From positions 62,655 to 126,654 of the forward strand of contig JAJEDD010000018.1 of the NCBI GenBank assembly GCA_022821685.1: a stretch of 64,000 nucleotides of DNA, in the 5' to 3' direction. Made by a program: the position numbers and the translations under genes. The notes beneath the pieces were generated by a model. The model was given only the letters and a program-made list of their open reading frames with translations, had not been told where the DNA came from and searched no databases. The stretch comes from Acidimicrobiia bacterium. Its GTDB lineage: Bacteria > Actinomycetota > Acidimicrobiia > Acidimicrobiales > Aldehydirespiratoraceae. Positions 9,095-18,414 of the stretch are shown here, piece after piece (the stretch's first letter is position 1; every line of letters begins with the position of its first letter).

Positions 9095-9104
9095 CGGGTA
9101 ATGC

Positions 9105-9132
9105 TTGCGGGTGGTGGAAAAAGGTGTATAAT
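9105..9132 (+). promoter_or_regulatory. Candidate sigma-70-type promoter of the dcw cluster (Pmra)
   Basis: TTGCGG (9105-9110), 16-nt spacer, then TATAAT (9127-9132), in a locally AT-richer patch about 100 nt upstream of mraZ. Confidence 0.55.
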
Positions 9133-9139
9133 GGATTGC

Positions 9140-9170
9140 TGTGGAGTACTGGGGAGTACTTGTGGACGCA
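9140..9170 (+). promoter_or_regulatory. Candidate MraZ operator: three direct GTGG/TGGGG repeats with a period of about 10 bp
   Basis: tGTGGAGTACT GGGGAGTACT TGTGGACGCA lies immediately downstream of the -10 box. MraZ proteins are known to bind direct TGGG/GTGG repeats spaced one helical turn apart. Confidence 0.45.
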
Positions 9171-9233
9171 TCGCAGAGGGCTTCGGCTCGGCGTGGATCG
9201 GTCGCAGGCGCCTGCTGCGGTGCAAGGGCGTGA

Positions 9234-9692
9234 GTGACGGCTGTGACTTCCCCGCGCGCCCTGTTCGTCGGCGTCCACGAGCACACTCTCGACGGCAAGG
9301 GCCGGCTCATCCTTCCCTCGGGTTTTCGCAGCCAGCTGGCCGCGGGGGCCTATGTCACCGCGCTCGACTCCTGCGTGGGGATCCTCCCGGTGGACGAGTT
9401 CGCCGACACCGCCGAGCAGCTCCGGTCGCAGGTGGGCGCCGAGGAGGTGGACATCAACGCGCTGCGGAGCTTCGCCGCCCAGGCCGACTTCGTGGTGCCC
9501 GACGGCCAGGGGCGCATGAGGATCCTGCCGCATCTGCGGGCCGCGGCCGGGCTCGAGCGCAAGGTGATCGTCACCGGCATGATCCGCCGCATCGAGATCT
9601 GGAGCCCCGACCGGTGGGCCGAGGTCCAGTCGGTGGGCACCGAGCGCCTCGCCGACGCCATCACTCACGGAAGGGGCATCGCCGGTGCCTGA
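9234..9692 (+). CDS. mraZ: Transcriptional regulator MraZ
   Basis: Two SpoVT/AbrB-like halves with LDGKGRLILPSGFR and DGQGRMRILPHLR. The start is uncertain (GTG 9234 or GTG 9243). Confidence 0.85.
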   Translation: MTAVTSPRALFVGVHEHTLDGKGRLILPSGFRSQLAAGAYVTALDSCVGILPVDEFADTAEQLRSQVGAEEVDINALRSFAAQADFVVPDGQGRMRILPHLRAAAGLERKVIVTGMIRRIEIWSPDRWAEVQSVGTERLADAITHGRGIAGA

Positions 9693-9996
9693 CGCCCTCC
9701 CGCCCCGACAGCAGACCGACCGCTCACACCGACTTCAAGACCCATACCGACCCCCATACCCGCACCGCGGCAGCCATCGAAGCGCGGCCCGGTCATGTGC
9801 AGTTCCCCGATTGGCAAATGGAAGACCCGTACTCCGCCCGCTTGCCATTAGCTCGATCGGGGGAGAAATCCCGACGTGCGCCGTCGGTCGGGGAACTGCA
9901 GATGGCCGGGAAGCGCCCGGTCCCACCGTCGCTTACCACACTGCCGGCCAGCCCGGCCCCACCCGCACCACCGCTCGTTGGTTCGGCCTGCCCGAC

Positions 9997-10947
9997 ATGA
10001 CGGCGGGCTCGGGCCCCTACCACCGGCCGGTGATGTGCCGCGAGGTTGTGGAGGTGCTGGCCGAGGCCCCGGCCGGCGTGGTCGTCGATGCCACCGTGGG
10101 AGGAGGCGGCCATGCCGAGGCCCTGTTGGCACGAGCCCCGCACCTGAGCCTGATCGGCCTGGACCGCGACCCCGACGCGCTGCGGGCCGCGGCCGAGCGC
10201 CTCGCCGGCTACGGCGACCGGGTCGTTCTGCGCCATGGGCGATTCGACGCGCTCGACGACATGCTCAACGAGCTCGGGCAGCGGAGGATCTCGGCCTGCC
10301 TGTTCGACCTCGGGGTCAGCTCCGCCCAGCTCGACCGGCCCGAGCGCGGCTTCAGCTACCGCCTAGACGGCCCGCTCGACATGCGAATGGACCCGGGCAC
10401 AGAGGTGACCGCAGCCGACATCGTCAATCACGCCGACGAGCGGACTCTGGCCTCGATCCTGCGCCGCAACGCCGATGAGCGCCACGGCCGCCGCATCGCC
10501 GCGGCCATTGTGGCCCGACGGCCCCTCGCCACCACCGCGCAGCTGGCCAGGGTCGTGGCCGAGGCCGTTCCCGCTCCGGCTCGCCGCCGCTCCCATCCCG
10601 CCCGGCGGACCTTCCAGGCCCTGCGCATCGAGGTCAACCGCGAGCTTGAGATCCTCGAGACGGCCCTTACCGGAGCCATAGCCCGCCTCGTCGCTTCGGG
10701 GCGGGGCGTAGTGCTTTCGTATCACTCTGGCGAGGACCGGATCGTCAAGTCCGTGTTCCGGCGGGCCGCGGGAGAGTCCCCGCCGCCGCGGCCGGGCCTG
10801 CCGCCGACCCCCGGCAACGAAGCTGTCGTGCGGCTGTTGGGGCGGCGGGCCCGCACGCCGAGCGAGGCGGAGCTGGCCGTCAACCACCGAGCCAGCGCGG
10901 CCCGGCTGCGAGCGCTTGAACGCCTGCCTGCGAGCCCATCGGTCTGA
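9997..10947 (+). CDS. rsmH: 16S rRNA (cytosine1402-N4)-methyltransferase RsmH
   Basis: HRPVMCREVVEVL, VDATVGGGGHAEALL, FDLGVSSAQLD, SYHSGEDRIVK. ATG 9997 chosen because upstream in-frame codons are not protein-like. Confidence 0.9.
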   Translation: MTAGSGPYHRPVMCREVVEVLAEAPAGVVVDATVGGGGHAEALLARAPHLSLIGLDRDPDALRAAAERLAGYGDRVVLRHGRFDALDDMLNELGQRRISACLFDLGVSSAQLDRPERGFSYRLDGPLDMRMDPGTEVTAADIVNHADERTLASILRRNADERHGRRIAAAIVARRPLATTAQLARVVAEAVPAPARRRSHPARRTFQALRIEVNRELEILETALTGAIARLVASGRGVVLSYHSGEDRIVKSVFRRAAGESPPPRPGLPPTPGNEAVVRLLGRRARTPSEAELAVNHRASAARLRALERLPASPSV

Positions 10948-10970
10948 GCGGCCGAGCGAGGGGATGTCCC

Positions 10971-11450
10971 ATGGCGCCTCAGCCGCAGCGGCGAGCCTCC
11001 CCGCGAACCGCTTCGAGACCCGAGCCGTCGCCAAACCTGCGAGTCGCCCCGGCGCCGACCGGTTCGCGCCGCTCGATCGGAGGCATCGGCACTACCGCCG
11101 CGCTGGGGCTGTTCGCGGTGTGCCTGGCCCTCGCCGCTTTGCACGCGGTGCTGGTCGAGAATCAGGCCTCCCTCGATGATCTGATCGAGCTCAACCAGCA
11201 GCGCTACGAGCGGATCGACCAACTGCAGGCCGAGGTCGCCTACCTCGACTCCCCGGAGGGCCTGGCCGAGCAGGCGCAGTCTGTTGGCCTCGTTCCCGCC
11301 GCCGCGCTGGCCGTGCTCACCCCGCTCGGCCCGGACCGCCTCCCTGCACCCGGCGCTGATCCGTTCGATCTCGCCTCTGCGGGCTGGACTCCTCCGGCCG
11401 CGGCCCACGACGCCGCCGAAGCCCCCGCGCCCGCAGAGTCTCGGCGATGA
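10971..11450 (+). CDS. ftsL: FtsL-like cell-division protein (single TM helix plus coiled coil)
   Basis: Conserved position between rsmH and ftsI. TM helix TAALGLFAVCLALAALHAVLV followed by the coiled coil LDDLIELNQQRYERIDQLQAEVAYL. Confidence 0.55.
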   Translation: MAPQPQRRASPRTASRPEPSPNLRVAPAPTGSRRSIGGIGTTAALGLFAVCLALAALHAVLVENQASLDDLIELNQQRYERIDQLQAEVAYLDSPEGLAEQAQSVGLVPAAALAVLTPLGPDRLPAPGADPFDLASAGWTPPAAAHDAAEAPAPAESRR

Positions 11451-13249
11451 AGCCGGCCCGGCCGCGCTCGAGCGCCCCGATCCGCCATCGGGCCGCGCCG
11501 CTGCCGCTGGTGGGCCGCGGCCGGGTGGTGACGGTGCTGGTGGTGCTCGCCCTGGCGCTGGGGGGACTCGTCTATCGCATAGTCGATGTGCAGGCCACCC
11601 CCGACCCGCGGGTTCTCGAGGAGGTGTCGAACCCGCTCGGCGAGATCGTTGTGCCCGCGCCCCGAGGAACGGTGTTCGACCGCAACGGGCGCACCATCGC
11701 CCTGTCGCTTCCGGCGGCCACGGTGGTGTCCGACCCCCGGCTGATTGCCGATCCCCGAGCCGTCGCCGACGCCCTCGCCAAGGTGATGGGCGTCGAGGCT
11801 GAGTCGCTGCTCGAAGCGTTGCAAGGCGAGGGAGTCGCCTTTCGCTACGTGGCCCGCCAGATCGACGCCGAGATCGGCGAACAGGTTGCCGGGCTGGGCA
11901 TCGACGGGATCAGGGTCATCGCCGAGCCGCGGCGCGAGCATCCCAACGGCCAATGCTCAGCGCTGGCCGCCGTCGGGCGGGTCAACATCGACCATGTGGG
12001 CATGAGCGGCATCGAAGAGAGCCACGATGAGCACCTGTCGGGCGTCCCCGGCCGGGTGATGAAGGAAGTCGGCGTGGACGGCACCACCATCCCCGGCGGG
12101 CTCGAGGAGGTGACCGCGCCCACCGAGGGCCAAGACATCACCTTGACCCTGGATCGCAACGTGCAGTACCGGGCTGAGTCGGTGATGCTTGAGGCTGTCG
12201 CCGACGCCGGCGCCTCCTCGGGCGTGGCCCTCGTGGCGCTGCCGGCCACCGGCGAGATCGTCGCCATGGCCAACGTGGCCCGCGGCGCCAACGGAATCGT
12301 GGACTGCACCCGCCACAATCTGGCCGCCACCTGGAGCTACGAGCCGGGATCGGTCTTCAAGCCGGTGACCGCGGCCGCCGCCCTGTCGAGCGGGGCCGTG
12401 GCCGAGCATGTGCCCATTGACGTGCCGTCGTACCTCGAGATATGGGAGCACCGCTTCGTGGACACTCCCACCCATCCGGACACGCAGTGGACCCCCACCG
12501 AGATAGTGGCCCGGTCGTCCAACATAGGCACCATCAAAATGGCGCAGGCGGCCGGAGAGGAGAGGCTGTACCGGACCATGCGGTCATTCGGCTTCGGGGA
12601 CCGCACCGCCCTCCACTTCAAGGGCGAGTCCAAGGGGATCCTGGCGCCGCTGAGCCAATGGAACGGCCTGAGCCTGCCCAACATGGCCATCGGCCAGGGC
12701 CTGGCCGCCACCCCGCTGCAGGTTCTCCAGGCCTACAACACGATCGCCAACGGCGGAGTGCGGGTGCCGCTGAAGCTGATCGTCGACGACGCCGATGCCG
12801 ATGCCGAGCCGGTGCAGGTGCTCAGCCCGGATGTGGCTGCCACCCTTATGCGGATGCTGACGGCGGTGGTGGAGGAGGGGACCGGCCAACAGGCCCGGGT
12901 GGAGGGGTTCTCCATGGCCGGCAAGACCGGCACGGCCTGGCAGCCCTGTGACGTGGGATACGAGTGCGTGAACGAGCGCAATGAGCTGATCGGACGCCAT
13001 CACACCGCCACGTTCGCGGGGGTGGTGAGCAACGACGACGGTCCGGTGCTGGTGGTGCTGGTGATCATCGACCAGCCCACCGGCGAGCGCATCTCGGGTG
13101 GCAAGCTGGCCGCGCCGACGGTGCGCAAGATCGCCGAGTACGCCCTGCGCCAACTGCGGATCCCCGCAGAGCTCAACACCACGCCGGGTGAGCGCCGGCG
13201 GGCCGAACCGGCTCTGGCCGCGCCAGCCGGCGACCTCGCAGGGCCATGA
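11447..13249 (+). CDS. ftsI: Penicillin-binding protein, FtsI/PBP2-type transpeptidase
   Basis: N-terminal TM helix and PBP dimerisation region. SVFKP (SxxK), SSN and AGKTGTA (KTG) motifs appear in order. ATGA overlap with ftsL. Confidence 0.9.
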   Translation: MKPARPRSSAPIRHRAAPLPLVGRGRVVTVLVVLALALGGLVYRIVDVQATPDPRVLEEVSNPLGEIVVPAPRGTVFDRNGRTIALSLPAATVVSDPRLIADPRAVADALAKVMGVEAESLLEALQGEGVAFRYVARQIDAEIGEQVAGLGIDGIRVIAEPRREHPNGQCSALAAVGRVNIDHVGMSGIEESHDEHLSGVPGRVMKEVGVDGTTIPGGLEEVTAPTEGQDITLTLDRNVQYRAESVMLEAVADAGASSGVALVALPATGEIVAMANVARGANGIVDCTRHNLAATWSYEPGSVFKPVTAAAALSSGAVAEHVPIDVPSYLEIWEHRFVDTPTHPDTQWTPTEIVARSSNIGTIKMAQAAGEERLYRTMRSFGFGDRTALHFKGESKGILAPLSQWNGLSLPNMAIGQGLAATPLQVLQAYNTIANGGVRVPLKLIVDDADADAEPVQVLSPDVAATLMRMLTAVVEEGTGQQARVEGFSMAGKTGTAWQPCDVGYECVNERNELIGRHHTATFAGVVSNDDGPVLVVLVIIDQPTGERISGGKLAAPTVRKIAEYALRQLRIPAELNTTPGERRRAEPALAAPAGDLAGP

Positions 13250-14667
13250 TCACCCTTGGCGAGCTGGCCCGATCGTTGCAGGCCGAACTGTTGCCGGCGG
13301 GGTCCGAGGCCGCTGCGGCCCGCGTCGGCGACGTGGAGCACGACAGCCGCCGGGTCGGCCCCGGCGCCCTGTTCGCCTGCATTCCGGGCGCGGCGAGCGA
13401 CGGGCATCGTTTCGCGGCCGCCGCGGCCGCAGCCGGCGCGGTCGGTCTGCTCGTCGAGCGCCCCGTCGAGGCGACCGTGCCCTGCCTGCTGGTGGGATCG
13501 GTCCGCCGGGCGGTGGGACCGGCCGCGGCCGCCGTCCACGGCCGTCCGGCCCGGCGCCTCGACACCGTCGGCGTGACCGGCACCAACGGCAAGACCACCA
13601 CAGTTCGCCTGGTCGCCGGGCTGCTTCGGGCTGCCGGGCGCGACCCGGTCGAGATCGGCACGCTGTCGGGCCCGCTGACCACGCCCGAGGCCACCGACCT
13701 GCAGCGCACCCTCGCTCACGGCGCCGACCGCGGCGCAGATGCCGCCGTGGTGGAAGTCTCGTCGCACGGCCTGGCCCAGCACCGAGTCGACGGCTGCCGC
13801 TTCGGTGTGGCCGCATTCACCAACCTGGGCCGCGACCATCTCGACTATCACGGCTCGATGGACGACTACTTCGAGGCCAAGGCCCGGCTGTTTTGTGGCG
13901 GGCTGGCCGACCGGGCGGTGATCGACGTCACCGGCGCATGGGGGAGGCGCCTGGCCGACGCGGTCGGATCGCAGATGCCGCTGGTGACGGTGGACCAGCG
14001 AGCCGTCGAGTTGCTCCACGCTGACGCCTGTTCCAGCGTGTTCCGCTGGCGCGACCAGGTTGTGACCCTGCCGCTGGCGGGCGCCTTCAACCGGTCCAAC
14101 GCAGTGCTCGCCGCCGAGATCGCCCTGCTGCTGGGCCAGAGTCCGCAGGGCGTCGCCGCCGCGCTGGCCGAGGCCGAGCCGGTGGCGGGCCGATTCGAGC
14201 CGGTGCGGGCCGGGCAGGACTTCGCGGTGATCGTCGACTACGCCCACACCCCCGACGGCCTAGCCGTGCTGCTGGAGGCGGCCCGCAGCGTGACCACCGG
14301 GAGCCTCACCGTGGTGTTCGGTGCGGGCGGCGACCGCGACCGGGGCAAGCGCCCCGAAATGGGCTCAACCGCCGAGAGACTGGCCGACCGAGTGATCGTC
14401 ACCAGCGACAACCCGCGCCGCGAGGATCCGGATCGGATCATCGACGACATCATCGAGGGCATGAGCGGCGCCCCCGACCTGCGGACCCCCGACCGGCGCC
14501 TGGCGGTGCGCAGCGCACTGGCCGACGCCGAAGCGGGCGACACGGTGGTGATCGCGGGCAAGGGCCACGAGAGCCGTCAGATCATCGGGGACCGGGTGCT
14601 GGCCTTCGATGACCGGGCCGTGGCGAGCGAGGAGCTGAGGCGCCTCAACCGGGGGCCAAGCCGATGA
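13246..14667 (+). CDS. murE: UDP-N-acetylmuramoyl-L-alanyl-D-glutamate--2,6-diaminopimelate ligase
   Basis: GVTGTNGKTTT P-loop, the DNPRRED motif typical of MurE, GKGHE. ATGA overlap with ftsI. Confidence 0.9.
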   Translation: MITLGELARSLQAELLPAGSEAAAARVGDVEHDSRRVGPGALFACIPGAASDGHRFAAAAAAAGAVGLLVERPVEATVPCLLVGSVRRAVGPAAAAVHGRPARRLDTVGVTGTNGKTTTVRLVAGLLRAAGRDPVEIGTLSGPLTTPEATDLQRTLAHGADRGADAAVVEVSSHGLAQHRVDGCRFGVAAFTNLGRDHLDYHGSMDDYFEAKARLFCGGLADRAVIDVTGAWGRRLADAVGSQMPLVTVDQRAVELLHADACSSVFRWRDQVVTLPLAGAFNRSNAVLAAEIALLLGQSPQGVAAALAEAEPVAGRFEPVRAGQDFAVIVDYAHTPDGLAVLLEAARSVTTGSLTVVFGAGGDRDRGKRPEMGSTAERLADRVIVTSDNPRREDPDRIIDDIIEGMSGAPDLRTPDRRLAVRSALADAEAGDTVVIAGKGHESRQIIGDRVLAFDDRAVASEELRRLNRGPSR

Positions 14668-15716
14668 TCCGGCTGCTGATCGCGGGCTGCATCTCCATGG
14701 TGGTGTCGCTGTCGGGCTGCTGGCTGCTGATCCGGGTGCTGGTGCGCTACGGAATCGGCCAGCCCATACGAGACGACGGCCCCACCGAGCATCGGCTCAA
14801 GTCGGGCACCCCGACCATGGGGGGCATCGCGGTGGTGTTCGCGGCGGCCGTCGGGTACGTGGTCAGCGACGTGTTCGGCGGCATCTACACCCGAACCGGC
14901 ATCATCGTGATGGCCACCATCGTGGCCGGGGGCATCGTCGGGCTGCTCGACGACTGGATCAAGGTGGTCGCGGCCCGCAACCTGGGGCTCAACAAGCGAA
15001 CCAAGATCGTGGGGCTGCTCGTCGTCGGGATCGGTTTCGCCTGGGCCATGACCGAGTTCACGTCGATCCACACCACCGTCTCGTTCACCCGCTTCGACAG
15101 CCCCGGCCTCGAGCTGGGCCGGCTGGGCTGGTCGGTATGGGCCGTCCTGCTGATCATCGCCACCACCAACGCGGTGAACCTGACCGACGGGCTCGACGGC
15201 CTGGCCGCGGGCGCCAGCGGCGTCGGCTACGGCGCGTTCATGATCATCGGCTTCTGGCAGTTCGACCACTACGACTCCTACCAGGTGGCCCACGCCCTCG
15301 ACCTGGCCGTGGTGAGTGCGGCCATGGTGGGCGCCATCATCGGTTTTCTGTGGTGGAACGCCGCGCCGGCCCGCATCTTCATGGGCGACACCGGCTCGCT
15401 GGCGCTGGGCAGCGGCCTGGCCGCCCTGGCTCTGGCCACCAACACCCAGCTGCTGCTGCCCATCATCGGCGGGCTGTTCGTGATCGAGACCGTCTCGGTG
15501 ATCCTGCAGATCGTCTCGTTCAAGGGCTTCGGGCGGCGCCTGTTCCGCATGGCCCCCCTGCACCATCATTTCGAGCTGCGAGGCTGGCCCGAGCCCACCG
15601 TCATCGTGCGGCTGTGGATCCTGTCGGGGCTGTGCACCGGCCTCGGCCTCGGACTGTTCTACGGCGATGCGGTCAACACCGGCATCGTCGACTCGATCTC
15701 GAGGCTCACGCCGTGA
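14664..15716 (+). CDS. mraY: Phospho-N-acetylmuramoyl-pentapeptide transferase
   Basis: KSGTPTMGG, NAVNLTDGLDGLA, MGDTGSLALG, PLHHHFEL. Ten hydrophobic segments. Confidence 0.95.
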   Translation: MIRLLIAGCISMVVSLSGCWLLIRVLVRYGIGQPIRDDGPTEHRLKSGTPTMGGIAVVFAAAVGYVVSDVFGGIYTRTGIIVMATIVAGGIVGLLDDWIKVVAARNLGLNKRTKIVGLLVVGIGFAWAMTEFTSIHTTVSFTRFDSPGLELGRLGWSVWAVLLIIATTNAVNLTDGLDGLAAGASGVGYGAFMIIGFWQFDHYDSYQVAHALDLAVVSAAMVGAIIGFLWWNAAPARIFMGDTGSLALGSGLAALALATNTQLLLPIIGGLFVIETVSVILQIVSFKGFGRRLFRMAPLHHHFELRGWPEPTVIVRLWILSGLCTGLGLGLFYGDAVNTGIVDSISRLTP

Positions 15717-17083
15717 CACCCGAAACTGCCCCCGCTGCACCGGAAGCCGCCGCCCGTTTCGACGTGCCCCCGCGGCTGCTGCTGGCCGGGTTCGGCGCCG
15801 CCAACCAGGCTGTGGCCCGGGCTCTGCTGTCGCGGGGCCACGAAGTGGTCGTGTTCGACGACCGACCCGGCCCCGACGCAGCGACGGCGGCGGCGACCCT
15901 CGGCCTGGAACTGGAGACCGCCCCCGGCCCCGACCGGCTCGACGAGCTGGTCCGCTCGATTGGGGCGGTCATACCCACGCCGGGGCTGCCCGAGCGGCAC
16001 CCGGTCCTGGCCCTCGGCGCGCCCACCGCCAGCGAGCTCGACCTGGCCGGCGCCTGGGACTCGCGTCCGATCGCGGCCGTCACCGGTACCAGCGGCAAGA
16101 CCACCGTCACCGAGACGGTGGTGGCCGCGCTGGAGTCCTCGGGCGTGGCCGCGGCAGCCGCCGGCAACAACGACCTGCCCCTGGTGAGCGCCATCGAGCT
16201 GAGCGAAGTCGAGGTTTTCGTGGTCGAGGCCTCGTCGTTCCGCCTCGGCCACAGCCGCAGCTTCGCCCCCGCCGTCGCCTGCTGGCTCAACTTCGCCCCC
16301 GACCACCTCGACGTGCACCGCGACCTCGCCTCCTACGAGGCGGCCAAGGCCCGGTTGTGGCAGCGGCTGCCCCCGTCGGCCACCGCGGTGGCCAATCGGT
16401 GTGACGCCACCGTCATGGTCCACCTTCGAGACGACCGGGCTGCGTGGACCTTCGCTGCCGACGGCCCCGCCGACTGGCGCCGGGAGGGCCACCTGCTCAC
16501 CGGCCCACTCGGGCCGCTGGCAGAGGTGGGGGAGCTGGGCCGGGCCATGCCCCACGACATCGCCAACGCCCTCGCGGCCGCCGCCACCGCAGCCGCGGCG
16601 GGGGCCACCGTCGAGGGTATAGGCGAGGCGCTGCGGGGCTGGCGGCCTGGAGCCCACCGAGTCGAGCGGGTCGCCACTATCGACGCAGTCACATACTTCG
16701 ACGACTCCAAGGCGACCACCCCCCACGCCACCGTCGCCGCGCTGCGCTCGTTCGACAGAGCCGTATTGATCGCCGGCGGCCGAAACAAGGGTCTCGACCT
16801 GCATCGGTTGCGCGACGCGCTCGACAGGGTGAGCTGCGTGGTGGCCTTCGGCGAGGCGGCGGGCGAGGTGGCCGAAGTGTTCGCTGCCGACCGGCCGGTG
16901 CTGATCGCCGGCGACATGGCCGAGGCCGTGGATCTCGCCGCCGCCGCGGCCGAGCCGGGTGCCGCCGTGGTGTTGTCGCCTGCCTGTGCCTCCTTCGACG
17001 GCTATTCCGGCTATGCGGCCCGGGGCGACGACTTCGCCCGCCTCGTCAAGGACCTCGCCCAGAGAAAGAGCACAGCGCAATGA
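15713..17083 (+). CDS. murD: UDP-N-acetylmuramoylalanine--D-glutamate ligase
   Basis: GTGA overlap with the mraY stop. Rossmann-like N-terminus, AVTGTSGKTTVTE P-loop, DDSKATTPHA. Confidence 0.9.
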   Translation: MTPETAPAAPEAAARFDVPPRLLLAGFGAANQAVARALLSRGHEVVVFDDRPGPDAATAAATLGLELETAPGPDRLDELVRSIGAVIPTPGLPERHPVLALGAPTASELDLAGAWDSRPIAAVTGTSGKTTVTETVVAALESSGVAAAAAGNNDLPLVSAIELSEVEVFVVEASSFRLGHSRSFAPAVACWLNFAPDHLDVHRDLASYEAAKARLWQRLPPSATAVANRCDATVMVHLRDDRAAWTFAADGPADWRREGHLLTGPLGPLAEVGELGRAMPHDIANALAAAATAAAAGATVEGIGEALRGWRPGAHRVERVATIDAVTYFDDSKATTPHATVAALRSFDRAVLIAGGRNKGLDLHRLRDALDRVSCVVAFGEAAGEVAEVFAADRPVLIAGDMAEAVDLAAAAAEPGAAVVLSPACASFDGYSGYAARGDDFARLVKDLAQRKSTAQ

Positions 17084-17154
17084 TCGTGACCGAGCGCGCT
17101 GACCGCACGGCCAACGCCTACTCCCACGAGCGGCCAAGGACGGTGTCGCAATGA
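17080..17154 (+). CDS. 24-codon mini-ORF created by a duplicated murD/ftsW junction (coding status unproven)
   Basis: ATG 17080 overlaps the murD stop as ATGA. It reads MIVTERADRTANAYSHERPRTVSQ, and its TGA overlaps the ftsW ATG as ATGA. The first 5 codons are identical to ftsW. Confidence 0.3.
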   Translation: MIVTERADRTANAYSHERPRTVSQ

Positions 17155-18347
17155 TCGTGACCGAGAGCAGGCGCAGCCGAGCCCTGCAAGAGGCCCGGGC
17201 CCGCCACGCAACCGCCCGTGTGCCGTCTGAGGCCCGCGGCCCCAATCCGCCGATCGGCAGGCGTACCGGCCTGTTCATGGCGCTGTTCCTGTCGGTCATC
17301 GCCCTGGTGCTGCTGGGGCTGGTGATGGCGCTGTCGGCCACCGCCGCGCCGAGCCTGTCGGGGACCGACTCGGCCTGGTCGCTGTTCAAGAGCCAGGCCA
17401 TGTGGCTGGGTGTGGGCGTGTTCGCCCTGCTGGTGCTGCTGCGGGTCGACTACCACCTTTGGAGGCGGCTGGCGCCGATGGGCATCGGTGCGTCGCTGGT
17501 GCTGCTGGCGCTCACCGCGGTTCCCAGCATCGGCCTGAGCGCCAACGGCGCCCGCCGCTGGCTGGGGGCGGGACCGGTCGTGTTCCAGCCGTCGGAGCTG
17601 GCCAAGATCGCCTTCATCGTCTTCGTGGCCGACCTGCTGTCGCGGTCCGACCGGTCCATAGACGACGCCCGCGCCACGCTGCATCCCGTGCTGGCGCTGA
17701 CCGCGGGCCTGACCGCGCTGCTGATGCTGCAACCCCATCTGGGCACCACCCTCGTGATCGCCGGTGTGGCCCTGACCATGCTGTACTTCTCCGGCGCCCG
17801 GCTCAGCCATCTGATGGTGGCCGCGGTGGTCGGGGCGGCCGGCGCGGCGATGATGGTGGCCTACTCGCCCTGGCGGCGAGACCGCATGCTCGGGTTCCTC
17901 GACCCGTGGGAGGATCCGTTCGGCAACGGCTACCAGACGCTGAAGTCGCTGCACGCCATGGCCACTGGCGGCGTCGGCGGGCTGGGCCTCGGCGCGGGGC
18001 GGGCCAAGTGGGGCTTCTTGCCCTACGCCCACACCGACTTCATCTTCGCGGTGATCGGCGAGGAGCTCGGGATGATCGGCACGCTGTTCGTGGTGGTGCT
18101 GTTCGTGGGGATAGCCGCGGCCGGGCTCGGTGTGGCGCTGCGGGCGCCGGACCGGTTCGGAATGCTGCTGGCGGTGGGTATCACTTCGTGGATGATCCTG
18201 CAGGCGGCCCTCAACATGGGGGCGGTTCTCGCCGTCTTCCCGGTGGTGGGCATCACCCTGCCGTTGCTCTCCTTCGGCGGGACGTCGCTGGTGGCGACCC
18301 TGGCCGCCATGGGAGTGCTGCTGAACGTGGCCCGACAGATCCGATGA
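17151..18347 (+). CDS. ftsW: Peptidoglycan glycosyltransferase FtsW (SEDS family)
   Basis: FQPSELAKI, HTDFIFAVIGEELG, and a multi-TM SEDS topology. Position within the dcw cluster. Confidence 0.9.
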   Translation: MIVTESRRSRALQEARARHATARVPSEARGPNPPIGRRTGLFMALFLSVIALVLLGLVMALSATAAPSLSGTDSAWSLFKSQAMWLGVGVFALLVLLRVDYHLWRRLAPMGIGASLVLLALTAVPSIGLSANGARRWLGAGPVVFQPSELAKIAFIVFVADLLSRSDRSIDDARATLHPVLALTAGLTALLMLQPHLGTTLVIAGVALTMLYFSGARLSHLMVAAVVGAAGAAMMVAYSPWRRDRMLGFLDPWEDPFGNGYQTLKSLHAMATGGVGGLGLGAGRAKWGFLPYAHTDFIFAVIGEELGMIGTLFVVVLFVGIAAAGLGVALRAPDRFGMLLAVGITSWMILQAALNMGAVLAVFPVVGITLPLLSFGGTSLVATLAAMGVLLNVARQIR

Positions 18348-18414
18348 CCCGTGCCGTGCCCGGCATCATGCTGACGGCAGGCCCGATGAAGCTCGACTCC
18401 GCCCGGCACAGCAG

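Noticed and set aside
15659-17401. 580-aa ORF on the - strand; similar long ORFs at 50627-52267(-), 55734-57023(-), 62089-63225(-) and 13000-14247(-)
   Set aside because: All are antisense to well-supported genes (murD, the response regulator and menA, hisD, the IOR gene, murE). All have Arg/Gly/Pro-dominated translations.
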